A stretch of DNA of 24,000 bases, from NCBI RefSeq assembly GCF_014644455.1, contig NZ_BMKS01000004.1, positions 425,032 to 449,031 on the forward strand, written 5' to 3'. The stretch is from Caldovatus sediminis. GTDB lineage: Bacteria > Pseudomonadota > Alphaproteobacteria > Acetobacterales > Acetobacteraceae. The notes under the pieces are model-generated. The model ran no database searches. It was not told where the DNA came from and saw nothing but the letters and a program-made list of their open reading frames with translations. Positions within the stretch are counted from its first letter, which is position 1. Each line of letters begins with the position of its first letter. The position numbers were made by a program, and so were the translations under genes. Positions 21,316 to 24,000 of the stretch are shown one piece after another.

Positions 21316-23376
21316 GTGGTGCAGGGCGACGGCGCCGCGGCGGCGGGCGCGGCGCCCGCCGGCCGCCTCGACCTCGCCGGCGCGGCGAGGCTGGAGACGC
21401 GCTACGACGCCGAGCTGCGCTTCCGCGAGCTGCGGGGGCCGGTCGCGGGGCTGGTCTCGGCGGCGCTCGTCGCCCTGTCGGCGTTCCATTACTACACCGC
21501 CGGCTTCGGCATCCTGACCGAGCACTGGCACAAGTCCATCCACCTCGCCGCCGTGCTCGCGCTCACCTTCCTGCTGTTCCCGACGCGGCGCCCGCCGCCG
21601 GGGCCGCGGATCGGCGGGGTGCCGCTGCTCGATTGGGCGTTCGCCGCCGCCGTCGCCGCGGCCGCGATCTACCTGCCGGTCGTCTTCGACGAGCTGACCT
21701 TCCGCATCGGCATGCCCAACGCCACGGACGTGGTGATGGGCACGGCGATGGTCGTGCTGACGCTCGAGGCGGTGCGCCGCGCGATGGGCTGGGTGCTGCC
21801 AGCGATCGTGCTGGTCTTCATCGCCTACGCGCTGCTCGGCCACCGCATAGGCGGCGTCCTGTCGCATCCCGGAGCGGACTGGGAGGGCTTCGTCAACCAC
21901 GTCTACCTGACGCAGGAGGGGATCTTCGGCATCCCGGCGAAGGTCGTCGCGACCTACGTCTTCCATTTTGTGCTGTTCGGCGTCATCGCGACGCGCATGG
22001 GACTCGGCCAGTTCTTCATCGACCTCGCCTCGGTGGCGGCGGGGCGGTACCCGGGCGGGCCGGCCAAAGTGGCGGTGGTGTCCTCGGCGCTGTTCGGGAG
22101 CATCAGCGGCTCCTCGATCGCCAACACCGTCACCACCGGGTCGCTGACCATCCCGGCGATGAAGAAGATCGGCTACCGCGCGCATTTCGCGGGTGCGGTG
22201 GAGGCGGCGGCGAGCGCGGGGGGGCAGATCACGCCGCCCATCATGGGCGCGGCCGCCTTCGTGATGATCGAGTTCCTGGCGATCCCGCTGACGACGCTGC
22301 TGGTGGCCGCCGCGATCCCGGCCCTGATGCACTTCTGGGGCGTGTTCGTGCAGGTCCACCTGGAGGCCAAGCGCCTTGGCCTGCGCGGTATGTCGGAGGA
22401 GGAGCTGCCGCGCCTCTGGCCCACCATCCGCGACGGCTGGCCGACGGTGATCCCGCTCGTGCTGCTGGTCGGGGTGATCGTCGAGGGCTACACGCCCTAC
22501 CTCGCGGCGTTCTGGGGCATCACCGCCTGCATCGTCGTGGGGTTCCTCAACCCGCGCAACCGGCTGACGCCGAAGGACCTCTGGTACGCCTTCGACGTCG
22601 GCGCGCGCTACGCGCTGGCGGTCGGCGCGGCGGCGGCCGCGGTCGGCATCGTGGTGGGCGTGGTCACGCTGACCGGCGCCGGATTCCGCGTCGGCTTCAT
22701 GGTCACCCAGGCGGCCGCCAGCACGGCGGAGATGTTCCGCCCGCTGATCGCGCTGCTGCCCGCGGACGTCGCCTCCGTCCAGGGGCTGACGCTGTTCCTG
22801 ACGCTGGTCTTCGTCGCCCTCGTCTGCGTGGTGATGGGCGCCGGCATCCCGACCACGGCGCTCTACATCGTGCTGGCGGCGATCGCGGCGCCGGCGGTCG
22901 TGCAGCTCGGCGTGCCGCCGCTCGCCGCGCACCTGTTCATCCTCTACTTCGGGATCCTCGCGGACCTGACGCCGCCGGTCTGCGTCTCCGCCTACGCCGC
23001 GGCGGGGATCGCCGGGGCGAATCCGTTCCGCACCGGGCTGACCGCCTTCCGCCTCGGCATGGCCAAGGCGACAGTGCCCTTCGTCTTCGCCTACGCGCCG
23101 GTGATGCTGGTGGTGATCGAGGGCTTCACCTGGGGCGACTTCCTGGTCACCACCCTGACCTGCGCGATCGGGGTCGCCGCGCTCGGCGCCGGGCTCACGG
23201 GGTACGCCTTCACGCACATGGGCCCGTTCAGCCAAGCGCTGCTGGTGCTGGCGGCACTGCTGCTGATCGCGCCGAGCGGGCCGCTCTCGATCACGGGCTT
23301 TGCGCTGCTGGCGCCGGTGGTGGCGGTGAACTGGCTGCGGGCGTCCCGGCGCCGCGCCCCGGCGGCCCCGGCTTGA
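21316..23376 (+). CDS. TRAP transporter fused permease (TAXI-associated, 4TM/12TM fusion)
   Basis: 686 aa and polytopic, with FHYYTAGFGILTEHWHKSIHLA and GSISGSSIANTVTTGSLTIPAMKK. The GTG start 6 nt after the TAXI gene stop is uncertain by a few codons. Confidence 0.85.
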   Translation: MVQGDGAAAAGAAPAGRLDLAGAARLETRYDAELRFRELRGPVAGLVSAALVALSAFHYYTAGFGILTEHWHKSIHLAAVLALTFLLFPTRRPPPGPRIGGVPLLDWAFAAAVAAAAIYLPVVFDELTFRIGMPNATDVVMGTAMVVLTLEAVRRAMGWVLPAIVLVFIAYALLGHRIGGVLSHPGADWEGFVNHVYLTQEGIFGIPAKVVATYVFHFVLFGVIATRMGLGQFFIDLASVAAGRYPGGPAKVAVVSSALFGSISGSSIANTVTTGSLTIPAMKKIGYRAHFAGAVEAAASAGGQITPPIMGAAAFVMIEFLAIPLTTLLVAAAIPALMHFWGVFVQVHLEAKRLGLRGMSEEELPRLWPTIRDGWPTVIPLVLLVGVIVEGYTPYLAAFWGITACIVVGFLNPRNRLTPKDLWYAFDVGARYALAVGAAAAAVGIVVGVVTLTGAGFRVGFMVTQAAASTAEMFRPLIALLPADVASVQGLTLFLTLVFVALVCVVMGAGIPTTALYIVLAAIAAPAVVQLGVPPLAAHLFILYFGILADLTPPVCVSAYAAAGIAGANPFRTGLTAFRLGMAKATVPFVFAYAPVMLVVIEGFTWGDFLVTTLTCAIGVAALGAGLTGYAFTHMGPFSQALLVLAALLLIAPSGPLSITGFALLAPVVAVNWLRASRRRAPAAPA

Positions 23377-23790
23377 GGCCGCGCGGCGGGCGGAGCGTCA
23401 GCCGCGGCGCGGCCCGTCGCGCAGCGCGTCGCCTGGTCGGGGGCGCACCTCGCCGGGCGCGGCCCCTCGCCATGGCCGGGCGCCGGGCTGCGCCCGCCGT
23501 CGCCTGACACCGTCGCGGGATCGCCCAAGAAGGCCCAGGAAGTATGAGAGGGATCAGCAAGCCGCGAGACGTTCGTTCCCGCTCTCCGTGCTGCCTTCCT
23601 CCCGCCGCGCGCCGCCCGCATCCGGGCCGTGGCGCCCGAGGACGCTGGAGCGGCGGTGATGCCGCGCCGGTCCTTGCCGCCCTGCCGGGCCAGTCGCGGC
23701 ACCGTAACCTTCGCCCGGCGGGCGGGACCGGCGAGGCGCGTCGGCGGCGGTCTGCCTGTCGGCGGCGCGGCTGCTCCCACGGTGCGGGCG

Positions 23791-24000
23791 ATGGACGCCG
23801 CGCCCGATCTGCCCGGCACATGCCGGGCCGCGGCGCGCGAGTTCCGGCGCCTCACCGGCTTCGACCGAGTGATGGTCTACCGCTTCCTCGAGGACGGTGC
23901 GGGCTGCGTCCTCCCCGAGGACAGGGCGGCGGAGCTGCCGCCCTTCCTCTACCGCCACTATCCGGCGTCGGACATCCCGGCGCAGGCACGCACGCCCTAG
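23791..24000 (+). CDS. Phytochrome-type GAF domain fragment ending in TAG at 23998-24000 (possible pseudogene or truncated sensor gene)
   Basis: FRRLTGFDRVMVYRFLEDGAGCVLPEDRAAELPPFLYRHYPASDIPAQARTP* matches the phytochrome GAF core (fDRVMvYrF...yPAsDIPxQARxLY). No PAS-like sequence is visible upstream. The start could instead be the GTG at 23629. Confidence 0.45.
   Translation: MDAAPDLPGTCRAAAREFRRLTGFDRVMVYRFLEDGAGCVLPEDRAAELPPFLYRHYPASDIPAQARTP

Noticed and set aside
20107-23235. Upstream two-thirds of the 1464-aa minus-strand ORF (18841..23235)
   Set aside because: Only the C-terminal 421 aa (from MLSLFELG, ATG at 20106) looks like a real protein, the antiporter. The rest is antisense to the TAXI-TRAP genes and is Arg/Gly/Asp/His-rich noise.
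23091-23958. Minus-strand ORFs 23091..23855, 23291..23821 and 23554..23958
   Set aside because: They overlap each other in different frames, have Arg/Ala/Pro-rich composition without motifs, and overlap the permease 3' end or the GAF-encoding frame, which carries a recognisable conserved motif.
1-24000. tRNA, rRNA, CRISPR arrays, integrase or attachment-site tRNA at the prophage boundary
   Set aside because: No cloverleaf-like GTTCGAATC-type T-arm, no spaced direct-repeat array, and no recombinase-like ORF was seen on either strand.

Overview
Very high-GC window, probably alphaproteobacterial (inferred from composition and gene content only). No rRNA, tRNA, CRISPR array, integrase, transposase or reverse transcriptase was recognised.

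**Positions 1 to about 11.1 kb (+ strand).** This is the distal half of a Mu-type contractile-tail morphogenesis module, tightly packed and partly translationally coupled. In order:
- tape measure (its 5' end lies upstream of the window)
- gp43/N-like DNA-circulation protein
- gp44/P-like hub
- gp45/Q-like spike
- gp46/V-like protein
- gp47/W-like baseplate J
- three extra receptor-binding-type genes, including a clear SPRY-domain protein with a 3 x 51-nt periodic repeat, placed before the gp48/R-like (DUF2313) gene
- a short tail fibre and a chaperone-like gene

**Positions about 11.2-11.33 kb.** The module ends in a low-GC island carrying arrayed TCCTAA/TTAGGA half-sites. This could be a prophage end or an operator.

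**Host-like genes downstream.**
- A TauD/TfdA-like protein that has the HxD motif but no C-terminal His.
- A same-strand minus array: two unusually long DUF1127 proteins, then a translationally coupled trio (TelA-like helical protein, single-pass membrane protein, long coiled-coil protein with Gly/Arg/Phe tails), then a small orphan.
- A divergent LysR regulator.
- A CPA1 Na+/H+ antiporter.
- A TAXI-TRAP transporter (binding protein plus fused permease).
- A phytochrome-type GAF fragment that ends in TAG exactly at the window edge.

**Best candidate for an undescribed system.** The TelA-like / membrane / coiled-coil trio at 13074-16739, possibly together with the upstream DUF1127 pair and the LysR gene. 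All functional calls rest on reading the translated ORFs from memory of family motifs. No database search was run.
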